Source: Macrostomum lignano
Taxonomy: Eukaryota
Direction: 5' to 3'
NCBI GenBank assembly: GCA_002269645.1
Contig: NIVC01000420.1
Span: forward strand, 310,001-374,000
Length of the DNA: 64,000 nucleotides
The translations under genes were made by a program, and so were the position numbers. Of this stretch, positions 1-10,510 are shown piece by piece (the stretch's first letter is position 1; every line of letters starts with the position of its first letter). The notes beneath the pieces were generated by a model that saw only the letters and a list, made by a program, of their open reading frames with translations, made no database searches and had not been told where the DNA came from.

Positions 1-532
1 TCTATTCAGCAGGCATCCATCTCCGCAGAGTCCAATTTAAAAAAAGGACAGCTGCAGCCTTTGCAGATTTCTACTAGGAGAGAGAAATTCTAGTGAAGTC
101 ACTGTGCATGCTGTGTATATCCACGGTTTGGAAGGCCTAAGCTCGAGCTCGCCTGGGAGGCTGGCAGACTCGGATGAAGGAAGAAAACGAAACGAGACGC
201 AATTTCCCTTCGTCAATCGAATAAACTCTGAGGACCGCCTGCTGCCTGGGCGGGCATGAGCGACCGTTGTCCCCCGAGGGCAGTGGGAACGGAACTACTT
301 TATCCAGTTTTCTTAGAAACCGCGGAGCAGTGTTGATGCGGCAAGAGCAGTTGGAGTTCCTCAAAGGCTCAAAAAGGGAGATGTGGAGCTTGGGAAAAAT
401 GGAGGGCTCCGCTCGCTTTGAAGTTCGGCGGCTTTTGGGGATGCAGATTCACGCGAGGTGTACAAGAAAGTTCTGTATGTTGAACTGGACACAGCGGTTG
501 AGGTCTGTGAATTTTCTGTGTTTGTAGATGTA

Positions 533-905
533 GCAGATTCTCAGGCACTGAGGGAGAGGCAGATTCTCAGGCACTGAGGGAGAGGCAGATTCTCAGGCAC
601 TGAGGGAGAGGCAGATTCTCAGGCACTGAGGGAGAGGCAGATTCTCAGGCACTGAGGGAGAGGCAGATTCTCAGGCACTGAGGGAGAGGCAGATTCTCAG
701 GCACTGAGGGAGAGGCAGATTCTCAAGCACTGAGGGAGAGGCAGATTCTCAGGCACTGAGGGAGAGGCAGATTCTCAAGCACCGATGGAGCGGAGAGGCA
801 GATTCTCAGGCACCGATGGAGCGGAGAGGCAGATTCTCAGGCACCGATGGAGCGGAGAGGCAGATTCTCAGGCACCGATGGAGCGGAGAGGCAGATCTCC
901 AAGCA
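533..905. repeat. 26-bp minisatellite grading into a 31-bp variant
   Basis: TCAGGCACTGAGGGAGAGGCAGATTC units, last copies TCTCAGGCACCGATGGAGCGGAGAGGCAGAT. Confidence 0.95.
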
Positions 906-960
906 CCGAGGAAGTGTGAAAATTCGCTTCAAATGTACACCCGAAGGCAGCGCAACTCAC

Positions 961-1130
961 CCGGACACAACGGGCAGCCGCTCCGTCGGTGTGTTGTCCT
1001 TCCCGGCGGTTACAGCGGCTGCGGCGGCGGCCTTCGAGCTGCCCGTCAGAGTCAGCGGACTCAGCTGCTCAGGCTCCTTGTACTGGCTGGCATAGGAGCT
1101 GGGCTCCACCATGTCCAGGACGGCCGCGTC
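961..1130 (-). CDS. Ankyrin exon, linker just before the ZU5 domain (DAAVLDMVEP...RLPVVSG)
   Basis: Acceptor CCCACAG| at 1131-1132 and donor |GTGAGT at 955-960. It ends ..VVSG in phase 2, matching the ankyrin 'SPIHSG|FLVSFMVDARGG' junction. The ZU5 exon lies left of the window. An alternative acceptor at 1162 is discussed in findings. Confidence 0.7.
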
Positions 1131-1151
1131 CTGTGGGTTGGGAATCGGCTT

Positions 1152-3267
1152 TGTACACCTATCTGAGAGTCTGTACACCTATCTGAGAGTCTGTACACCT
1201 ATCTGAGAGTCTGTACACCTATCTGAGAGTCTGTACACCTATCTGAGAGTCTGTACACCTATCTGAGTGTCTGTTTACCTATCTGAGTGTCTGTTTACCT
1301 ATCTGAGTTTCTGTACACCTATCTGAGTTTCTGTACACCTATCTGAGTTTCTGTACACCTATCTGAGTGTCTGTACACCTATCTGAGTTTCTGTTTACCT
1401 ATCTGAGTGTCTGTACACTTATCTGAGTTTCTGTACACCTATCTGAATTTCTGTACACCTATCTGAGTGTCTGTTTACCTATTTGAGTGTCTGTAAACCT
1501 ATCTGAGTGTCTGTACACCTATCTGAGTTTCTGTACACCTATCTGAGTTTCTGTACACCTATCTGAGTTTCTGTACACCTATCTGAGTTTCTGTACACCT
1601 ATCTGAGTTTCTGTACACCTATCTGAGTTTCTCTACACCTATCTGAGTGTCTGTTTGCCTATCTGAGTGTCTGTTTACCTATCTGAGAGTCTGTACACCT
1701 ATCTGAGTGTCTGTTTGCCTATCTGAGTGTCTGTAAACCTATCTGAGAGTCTGTACACCTATCTGAGAGTCTGTACACCTATCTGAGAGTCTGTACACCT
1801 ATCTGAGAGTCTGTACTGTACACCTATCTGAGTGTCTGTTTACCTATCTGAGTGTCTGTTTACCTATCTGAGTGTCTGTACACCTATCTGAGTTTCTGTA
1901 CACCTATCTGAGTTTCTGTACACCTATCTGAGTGTCTGTACACCTATCTGAGTTTCTGTTTACCTATCTGAGTGTCTGTACACTTATCTGAGTTTCTGTA
2001 CACCTATCTGAATTTCTGTACACCTATCTGAGTGTCTGTTTACCTATTTGAGTGTCTGTAAACCTATCTGAGTGTCTGTACACCTATCTGAGTTTCTGTA
2101 CACCTATCTGAGTTTCTGTACACCTATCTGAGTTTCTGTACACCTATCTGAGTTTCTGTACACCTATCTGAGTTTCTGTACACCTATCTGAGTTTCTCTA
2201 CACCTATCTGAGTGTCTGTTTGCCTATCTGAGTGTCTGTTTACCTATCTGAGAGTCTGTACACCTATCTGAGTGTCTGTTTGCCTATCTGAGTGTCTGTA
2301 AACCTATCTGAGAGTCTGTACACCTATCTGAGAGTCTGTACACCTATCTGAGAGTCTGTACACCTATCTGAGAGTCTGTTTACCTATCTGAGTGTCTGTT
2401 TACCTATCTGAGAGTCTGTACACCTATCTGAGTGTCTGTTTGCCTATCTGAGTGTCTGTAAACCTATCTGAGAGTCTGTACACCTATCTGAGAGTCTGTT
2501 TACCTATCTGAGTGTCTGTTTACCTATCTGAGAGTCTGTACACCTATCTGAGTGTCTGTTTGCCTATCTGAGTGTCTGTAAACCTATCTGAGAGTCTGTA
2601 CACCTATCTGAGAGTCTGTACACCTATCTGAGAGTCTGTACACCTATATGAGAGTCTGTACACCTATCTGAGTGTCTGTTTACCTATCTGAGTGTCTGTT
2701 TACCTATCTGAGTTTCTGTACACCTATCTGAGTTTCTGTACACCTATCTGAGTTCCTGTACACCTATCTGAGTTTCTGTACACCTATCTGAGTTTCTCTA
2801 CACCTATCTGAGTGTCTGTTTGCCTATTTGAGTGTCTGTACACCTATCTGAGTGTCTGTACACCTATCTGAGTTCCTGTACACCTATCTGAATTTCTGTA
2901 CACCTATCTGAGTGTCTGTTTACCTATTTGAGTGTCTGTAAACCTATCTGAGTGTCTGTAAACCTATCTGAGAGTCTGTACACCTATCTGAGAGTCTGTA
3001 CACCTATCTGAGAGTCTGTACACCTATCTGAGAGTCTGTACACCTATCTGAGTGTCTGTTTACCTATCTGAGTGTCTGTTTACCTATCTGAGTTTCTGTA
3101 CACCTATCTGAGTTTCTGTACACCTATCTGAGTTTCTGTACACCTATCTGAGTTTCTGTACACCTATCTGAGTTCCTGTACACCTATCTGAATTTCTGTA
3201 CACCTATCTGAGTGTCTGTTTGCCTATTTGAGTGTCTGTAAACCTATCTGAGTGTCTGTAAACCTAC
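1152..3267. repeat. 20-bp minisatellite (~105 copies)
   Basis: CTGTACACCTATCTGAGAGT with variants. Confidence 0.97.
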
Positions 3268-3675
3268 TCTCTTCTCCTGTTTTTGCCATCAAGTGTCTAT
3301 TCTGCAGTTTATCCATACTAGTACGCGCTCGTATATAAGTATGCTTTAATGTAACATTACCTTTTGAGCAGATAAAGTTCCCATTCGCTCAATGTCTCCA
3401 GTTGTCTCATCCAAACTCTTTGATTCACCTGCCAAAATGACAAAATAGTTTTAAAAACGTTACTCGTTATTAATAATAATTATTTTCAGCAGCGAATTTA
3501 GAAACATGCAGAAATAAAAAGTGCAAAATTGCACCACAGCAGGAAGTTGAATTTCGATCTGAATGCGGGACAGACATCCGGAATCCATGCCATGGTTGGG
3601 ATGCGCCGACCAGGGATCTGGGTTGCAAAACAGGCAGTTTCTGTATAGTAATTTGGGAGTCATACAGTTAGATAA

Positions 3676-4432
3676 TGAGTCAGACAGTGAGACAACGAGA
3701 GTCAGACAGTGAGATAATGAGAGTCGGACAGTGAGATAATGAGAGTCGGACAGCTAAAGAACGAGAGTCAGACAGTTAGAGAATGAGAGTCAGACTGTTA
3801 GAGAATGAGAGTCATTCAGTTAGATAACGAGAGTCAGACAGTTAGAGAATGAGAGTCAGACTGTTAGAGAATGAGAGTCATTCAGTTAGATAACGAGAGT
3901 CAGACAGTTAGATAATGAGAATCAGACAGTTAGAGAGTGAGTGTCATTCAGTTAGAGAACGAGAGTCGGACAGTTAGAGAATGAGAGTCAGACAGTTAGA
4001 TAACGAGAGTCAGACAGTTAGATAACGAGAGTCAGACAGTTAGATAATGAGAATCAGACAGTTAGAGAGTGAGTGTCAGACTGTTAGAGAACGAGAGTCG
4101 GACAGTTAGAGAATGAGAGTCAGACAGTTAGATAACGAGAGTCAGACAGTTAGATAACGAGAGTCAGACAGTTAGATAATGAGAATCAGACAGTTAGAGA
4201 ATGAGAGTCAGACTGTTAGAGAACGAGAGTCGGACAGTTAGAGAATGAGAGTCAGACAGTTAGATAACGAGAGTCAGACAGTTAGAGAATGAGAGTCAGA
4301 CTGTTAGAGAACGAGAGTCGGACAGTTAGAGAATGAGAGTCAGACAGTTAGATCACGAGAGTCAGACAGTTAGATAACGAGAGTCAGACAGTTAGATAAT
4401 GAGAATCCGACAGTTAGAGAGTGAGAGTCAGA
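3676..4432. repeat. 22-bp minisatellite
   Basis: GAGAGTCAGACAGTTAGAGAAT variants. Confidence 0.95.
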
Positions 4433-4837
4433 TAGGGACAGGGTGAGAGTCAAACGGACGATTCAGAAATCAAGCGATATAGTGCGCAGGCTGTGCTTCG
4501 CAGTTCACCAGTCCCGCTCCTGCACAGCTAAATAATTCATGCATACCCTGTGCCTTTGCCTCGAATAAGATGGACTGTTTTATGTACCAAAGTAGCCAAC
4601 TGGTCTGGCGAGTCATCTGTCCATTCGCAGAGGAAATTGCATCCCCTCTTCTACCCCCTTTTCCGCGAAACAGTCTTTCTCGAAAATATTGCTACTGTAA
4701 TGTCCCGGCGGTTTTATTGCATTGGGAAAAATTTTATTGCCTCTTTGGCCTCGCGGATATTTGGGTCATTAAAATGGTCTGATCTTAGCTCGCATTATCG
4801 AAAATATTGTTTTAGCTATCGTTTATGACAGACGAAT

Positions 4838-5106
4838 GGACTAGCAATCCACTGCAATCCATAATCCATGTCTTTGGCTAGATTAGCAATCCATTCTAAT
4901 CCATAATCCATGTCTTTGGCTAGATTAGCAATCCAGTCTAATCCATAATACATTTTTTGGCTAGATTAGCAATCCATTCTAATCCTTAATCCATGGCTTT
5001 GGCTAGATTAGCAATCCATTCTAATCCATAATCCATGTCGTTGGCTAGATTAGCAATCCATTCTAATCCATTCTAATCCATGTCTTTGGCTAGATTAGCA
5101 ATCCAT
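4838..5106. repeat. 42-bp minisatellite (~6 copies)
   Basis: ATAATCCATGTCTTTGGCTAGATTAGCAATCCATTCTAATCC. Confidence 0.9.
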
Positions 5107-5176
5107 TAATTCAAATCCTTCATGCAGAACCAAGGCGGACCAAAAAAAAAATGGGATTAAGTCAGACTGAACCAAC

Positions 5177-5287
5177 CGCGCTGTTTTCCCAGATTGGAAA
5201 TTTTCCCAGCACCACCGGATTCGCGAACACTGGGCGGAGATGAAAATATTGGCGACGGTGGCATCGAAGTGACCTCGAAGGGCTCGG
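5177..5287 (-). CDS. Candidate phase-1/phase-1 cassette exon of the ankyrin linker (A EPFEVTSMPPSPIFSSPP...KQR)
   Basis: Long pyrimidine tract ending CTCTTCCAG|, 111 nt open in the frame set by the upstream exon, donor |GTTGGT. No recognisable homology. Confidence 0.3.
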
Positions 5288-5507
5288 CTGGAAGAGTTCG
5301 GCGAGAGGAGGAGTAAAACATGATGGATTCCTGGCCAGACTCAGTACGACAATGTCCGCACAGTTTGCTTAGCATACAGATGGAGCCTTATCAGCTAAGT
5401 GGATCTCGCAGCCTAGGCTCAGACTGCTCAATAAGTTCAGACAGTTGTTTTTTCCACCGCTGACCAGCTCGGGCTAAAAGTGCATTCTGTCTGAGCTGGC
5501 TCTTAAT

Positions 5508-8500
5508 GTCTCCCTTCTCCGTCACTCTCCGTCTCTCCCCTCTACGCTCGTATGTCTCTCCATTTTCCATCTCTCCCCTATCTGTCTCTCTCCTTTCTGT
5601 CTCTTCCCTTTCTGTCTCTCCCCTTTCTGTCTCTCCCCTCTCCGTCTCTCCCTTTTCCATCTCTCCCCTCTCCGTCTCTCCCCTCTCCGTCTTCCCCTCT
5701 CCGTCTCTCCCCTCTCCGTCTCTCCCTTTTCCATCTCTCCCCTCTCCGTCTTCCCCTCTCCGTCTTCCCCTCTCCGTCTCTCCCTTTTCCATCTCTCCCC
5801 TCTCCGTCTCTCCCCTCTCCGTCTTCCCCTCTCCGTCTTCCCCTCTCCGTCTCTCCTCTTTCCATCTCTCCCTTTTCCATCTGTCCCCTCTCCGTCTCTC
5901 CTCTCTCCGTCTCTCCCTTTTCCATCTCTCCCCTCTCCATCTTCTCCTCTCCGTCTTCCCCTCTCCGTCTCTCCTCTTTCCGTCTCTCCCTTTTCCATCT
6001 CTCCACGCTCCGTCTCTCCCCTCTCCGTCTTTCCTCTCTCCGTCTCTCCCCTCTCCTTCTCTCCTCTCTCCGTCTCTCCTCTCTCCGTCTCTCCTTTTTC
6101 CATCTCTCCCCGCTCCGTCTCTCCCCTCTCCGTCTCTCCCCTCTCCGTCTCTCCCCTCTCCGTCTCTCCCCGCTCCGTCTCTCCTCTCTCCGTCTCTCCC
6201 TTTTCCATCTCTCCCCTCTCCATCTTCTCCTCTCCGTCTTCCCCTCTCCGTCTCTCCTCTTTCCGTCTCTCCCTTTTCCATCTTCTCCCCTCCGTCTCTC
6301 CCCTCTCCGTCTTTCCCCTCTCCGTCTCTCCCCGCTCCGTCTCTCCTCTCTCCGTCTCTCCCTTTTCCATCTCTCCCCTCTCCATCTTCTCCTCTCCGTC
6401 TTCCCCTCTCCGTCTCTCCCTTTTCCATCTCTCCCCGCTCCGTCTCTCCCCTCTCCGTCTCTCCCCTCTCCCCTCTCCGTCTCTCCCTTTTCCATCTCTC
6501 CCCTCTCCGTCTTCCCCTCTCCGTCTCTCCTCTCTCCGTCTCTCCCTTTTCCATCTCTCCCCTCTCCATCTTCTCCTCTCCGTCTTCCCCTCTCCGTCTC
6601 TCCTCTTTCCGTCTCTCCCTTTTCCATCTCTCCCCGCTCCGTCTCTCCTCTCTCCGTCTCTCCCCTCTCCCCTCTCCGTCTCTCCCTTTTCCATCTCTCC
6701 CCTCTCCGTCTCTCCCCTCTCCGTCTCTTCCCTCTCCGTCTTCCCCTCTCCGTCTCTCCTCTCTCCGTCTCTCCCCTCTCCGTCTCTCCCTTTTCCATCT
6801 CTCCCCTCTCCGTCTTCCCCTCTCCGTCTTCCCCTCTCCGTCTCTCCCTTTTCCATCTCTCCCCTCTCCGTCTCTCCCCTCTCCGTCTTCCCCTCTCCGT
6901 CTTCCCCTCTCCGTCTCTCCTCTTTCCATCTCTCCCTTTTCCATCTGTCCCCTCTCCGTCTCTCCTCTCTCCGTCTCTCCCTTTTCCATCTCTCCCCTCT
7001 CCATCTTCTCCTCTCCGTCTTCCCTCTCCGTCTCTCCTCTTTCCGTCTCTCCCTTTTCCATCTCTCCCCGCTCCGTCTCTCCCCTCTCCGTCTCTCCCCT
7101 CTCCCCTCTCCGTCTCTCCCTTTTCCATCTCTCCCCTCTCCGTCTCTCCCCTCTCCGTCTCTTCCCTCTCCGTCTTCCCCTCTCCGTCTCTCCCCTCTCC
7201 GTCTCTCCCCTCTCCGTCTCTCCCCTCTCCGTCTTCCCCTCTCCGTCTCTCCCCGCTCCGTCTCTCCTCTCTCCGTCTCTCCCTTTTCCATCTCTCCCCT
7301 CTCCATCTTCTCCTCTCCGTCTTCCCCTCTCCGTCTCTCCTCTTTCCGTCTCTCCCTTTTCCATCTCTCCCCGCTCCGTCTCTCCCCTCTCCGTCTCTCC
7401 CCTCTCCCCTCTCCGTCTCTCCCTTTTCCATCTCTCCCCTCTCCGTCTCTCCCCTCTCCGTCTCTTCCCTCTCCGTCTTCCCCTCTCCGTCTCTCCTCTC
7501 TCCGTCTCTCCCTTTTCCGTCTCTCCCCTCTCCGTCTTCCCCTCTCCGTCTTCCCCTCTCCGTCTCTCCCCTCTCCGTCTTCCCCTCTCCGTCTTCCCCT
7601 CTCCGTCTCTCCCCTCTCCGTCTTCCCCTCTCCGTCTCTCCTCTCTCCGTCTCTCCCTTTTCCGTCTCTCCCCTCTCCGTCTTCCCCTCTCCGTCTTCCC
7701 CTCTCCGTCTCTCCCCTCTCCGTCTTCCCCTCTCCGTCTTCCCCTCTCCGTCTTCCCCTCTCCGTCTTCCCCTCTCCGTCTTCCCCTCTCCGTCTCTCCC
7801 CGCTCCGTCTCTCCCTTTTCCATCTCTCCCCTCTCCATCTTCTCCTCTCCGTCTTCCCCTCTCCGTCTCTCCTCTTTCCGTCTCTCCCTTTTCCATCTCT
7901 CCCCGCTCCGTCTCTCCCCTCTCCGTCTCTCCCCTCTCCCCTCTCCGTCTCTCCCTTTTCCATCTCTCCCGTCCTTGTCTCTCCCCTCTCCGTCTCTTCC
8001 CTCTCCGTCTTCCCCTCTCCGTCTCTCCTCTCTCCGTCTCTCCCTTTTCCGTCTCTCCCCTCTCCGTCTTCCCCTCTCCGTCTTCCCCTCTCCGTCTCTC
8101 CCCTCTCCGTCTCTCCCCTCTCCGTCTTCCCCTCTCCGTCTTCCCCTCTCCGTCTTCCCCTCTCCGTCTCTCCCCTCTTCGTCTTCCCCTCTCCGTCTCT
8201 CCCCTCTCCGTCTTCCCCTCTCCGTCTTCCCCTCTCCGTCTTCCCCTCTCCGTCTTCCCCTCTCCGTCTCTCCCCTCTCCGTCTTCCCCTCTCCGTCTCT
8301 CCCCTCTCCGTCTTCCCCTCTCCGTCTTCCCCTCTCCGTCTTCCCCTCTCCGTCTTCCCCTCTCCGTCTCTCCCTCTCCGTCTTCCCTCTCCGTCTTCCC
8401 TCTCCGTCTCTCCCCTCTCCGTCTTCCCCTCTCCGTCTTCCCCTCTCCGTCTCTCCCCTCTCCGTCTTCCCCTCTCCGTCTCTCCTCTCTCCGTCTCTCC

Positions 8501-8588
8501 CTTTTCCGTCTCTCCCCTCTCCGTCTTCCCCTCTCCGTCTTCCCCTCTCCGTCTCTCCTCTCTCCGTCTCCCTTTTCCATCTCTCCCC
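5508..8588. repeat. Polypyrimidine 14/15-bp satellite, 3 kb
   Basis: CTCCGTCTCTCCCCT variants; source of the spurious 1000-aa ORFs. Confidence 0.97.
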
Positions 8589-8899
8589 TGTTCTGCCCCC
8601 ACAGCGCACCTCCCAGACTCGTGAAACACAAACAGGTCATAAATTTTCGAGAATGGAGTTTTCTCTCATTCAAATCTTTCCGCTTCCGCGACAAGGAAAC
8701 TCAAACCCGCTCCAACACAGCTGACAGATGAAACTCATATCCGTGCGCGCGTTCTATTTGACTTGTTTAAATCAGCAAATTGATGAAGAAGTTAATTAAA
8801 TGCCTTTCGCGAAGTCCCAACACGTTTCTAAGAATCTGTCTGGCTGGCATATAAAAATAGAATGCACTTTTAGAACGCGGGATTTTAGCCTAAACGATA

Positions 8900-9265
8900 G
8901 GCGCTGAAATAAGTGTCAGCTAAGGCGCTGAAATAAGTGTCAACTAAGGCGCTGAAATAAGTGTCAGCTAAGGCGCTGAAATAAGTGTCAGCTAAGGCGC
9001 TGAAATAAGTGTCAGCTAAAGCGCTGAAATAAGTGTCAGCTAAGGCGCTGAAATAAGTGTCAGCTAAGGCGCTGAAATAAGTGTCAGCTAAGGCGCTGAA
9101 ATAAGTGTCAGCTAAGGCGCTGAAATAAGTGTCAGCTAAGGCGCTGAAATAAGTGTCAGCTAAGGCGCTGAAATAAGTGTCAGCTAAAGCGCTGAAATAA
9201 GTGTCAGCTAAGGCGCTGAAATAAGTGTCAGCTAAGGCGCTAGAATAAGTGTCAGCTAAGGCGCT
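8900..9265. repeat. 24-bp minisatellite (~15 copies)
   Basis: GGCGCTGAAATAAGTGTCAGCTAA. Confidence 0.97.
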
Positions 9266-9301
9266 AAACTACAAAACCCACAAGAAGCATGCAAACCTTA
9301 C

Positions 9302-9500
9302 CGGCCTCCTCCTCAGAGTCGGACATATTTTGCTCGGCCAAAGTGTCCGGCCGGCACATCTCCACAGTCTCCTCAATGGTGGTCAATTCTTCCTCCTCCC
9401 AGGTGCGCACCTGGCTGCTGCCACCGCCGCTGCTACGGAGCGCCTCGAAGACTTCGCGGTGGCCGCGGCAGCGGGCGAGCTGAGCCGGCGTGTGGCCGCG
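9302..9500 (-). CDS. Ankyrin exon: last ANK repeat plus acidic SDSEEE linker
   Basis: RGHTPAQLARCRGHREVFEALR...TTIEETVEMCRPDTLAEQNMSDSEEEAG parallels the ankyrin '[27 protein letters not shown]' region. CTCAG| acceptor, |GTAAGG donor, phase 0 to 1. Confidence 0.9.
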
Positions 9501-9707
9501 CTGAGGTGCGAGTGGATTTTTGTCTTCTTGAGCAAAATTTAGCTGACATATACTCATAGGTCTACTTATAGTGGGCTACTATCAGTAGCATGGTGCGTGT
9601 GTGAAAGAATATGTGGATTCAGCACATTCTAATTTTTAAGTAATTTGTTTCGCAATGTATTTTATTTCGAAAGTTTTTATACGAGCGTATAAGGTGCTTT
9701 GATTCCT

Positions 9708-10208
9708 GTCTGTCTCTCCCCACTCCGTCTCTCCCCTCTCCGTCTCTCCCCTCTCCGTCTCTCCCCTCTCCCCTCTCTGTCTCTCTCCTCTCCGTCTCTC
9801 CCCTCTCCCTTCTCCGTCTCTCCCTTTTCCATCTCTCTCCACTCCGTCTCTCCCCTCTCCCCTCTCCGTCTCTCCCCTCTCCGTCTCTCCCCTCTCCATC
9901 TCTCCCCTCTCCGTCTCTCTCCTCTCCGTCTCTCCCCTCTCCCTTCTCTGTCTCTCCCTTTTCCATCTCTCCCCACTCCGTCTCTCCCCTCTCAGTCCCT
10001 CCCCTCTCCGTCTCTCCCCTCTCCGTCTCTCCCCTCTCCGTCTCTCCCCTCTCCGTCTCTCCCCTCTCCGTCTCTCCCCTCTCCGTCTCTCCCCTCTCCG
10101 TCTCTCCCCTCTCCGTCTCTCCCCTCTCCGTCTCTCCCCTCTCCGTCTCTCCCCTCTCCCCTCTCCGTCTCTCCCCTCTCCATCTCTCCCCTCTCCGTCT
10201 CTCCCCTC
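9708..10208. repeat. Same 15-bp polypyrimidine satellite; continues at 14356-14440 after the Gypsy insertion
   Basis: Array split by the LTR element. Confidence 0.93.
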
Positions 10209-10381
10209 TGTTGTGAATGTGCATGCTCAATGCTATTATGTAACGTACGCGCATCGATGTACATCTAGCTCATATCAGTCAGATAATATATATTGGCCAG
10301 CTCACTGTAGCTGAGAGCCACCTCTCCTCTCCTTCGCCTTACGTGAATTGATTTCATTCATTTGGCCAGCGGCCACAACAC

Positions 10382-10399
10382 TGGCATCGCAAGCAGGGA
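10382..10399 (+). promoter_or_regulatory. Putative primer-binding site TGGCATCGCAAGCAGGGA
   Basis: Begins 1 nt after the 5' LTR with TGG, complementary to tRNA CCA. The tRNA species was not determined. Confidence 0.75.
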
Positions 10400-10510
10400 C
10401 TTAGCGAAAAACCACCCCGCGCAAAACTCAACTCACGGCAGCCAAGGCACACAAGTCAAACTCTCGCTATCGCCTTGCAATTCTGCAAACTCAACTCAGT
10501 GAAGTTAGAA

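Noticed and set aside
137-527. Possible next ankyrin (ZU5) exon
   Set aside because: No FLxSFxVDARGG-like translation found in the frames examined; the exon must lie left of the window.
5391-8731. Five >1000-aa ORFs on both strands (GETERGRRR / SPLRLSP)
   Set aside because: Translations of a stop-free purine/pyrimidine satellite, open in several frames on both strands, with no domain content.
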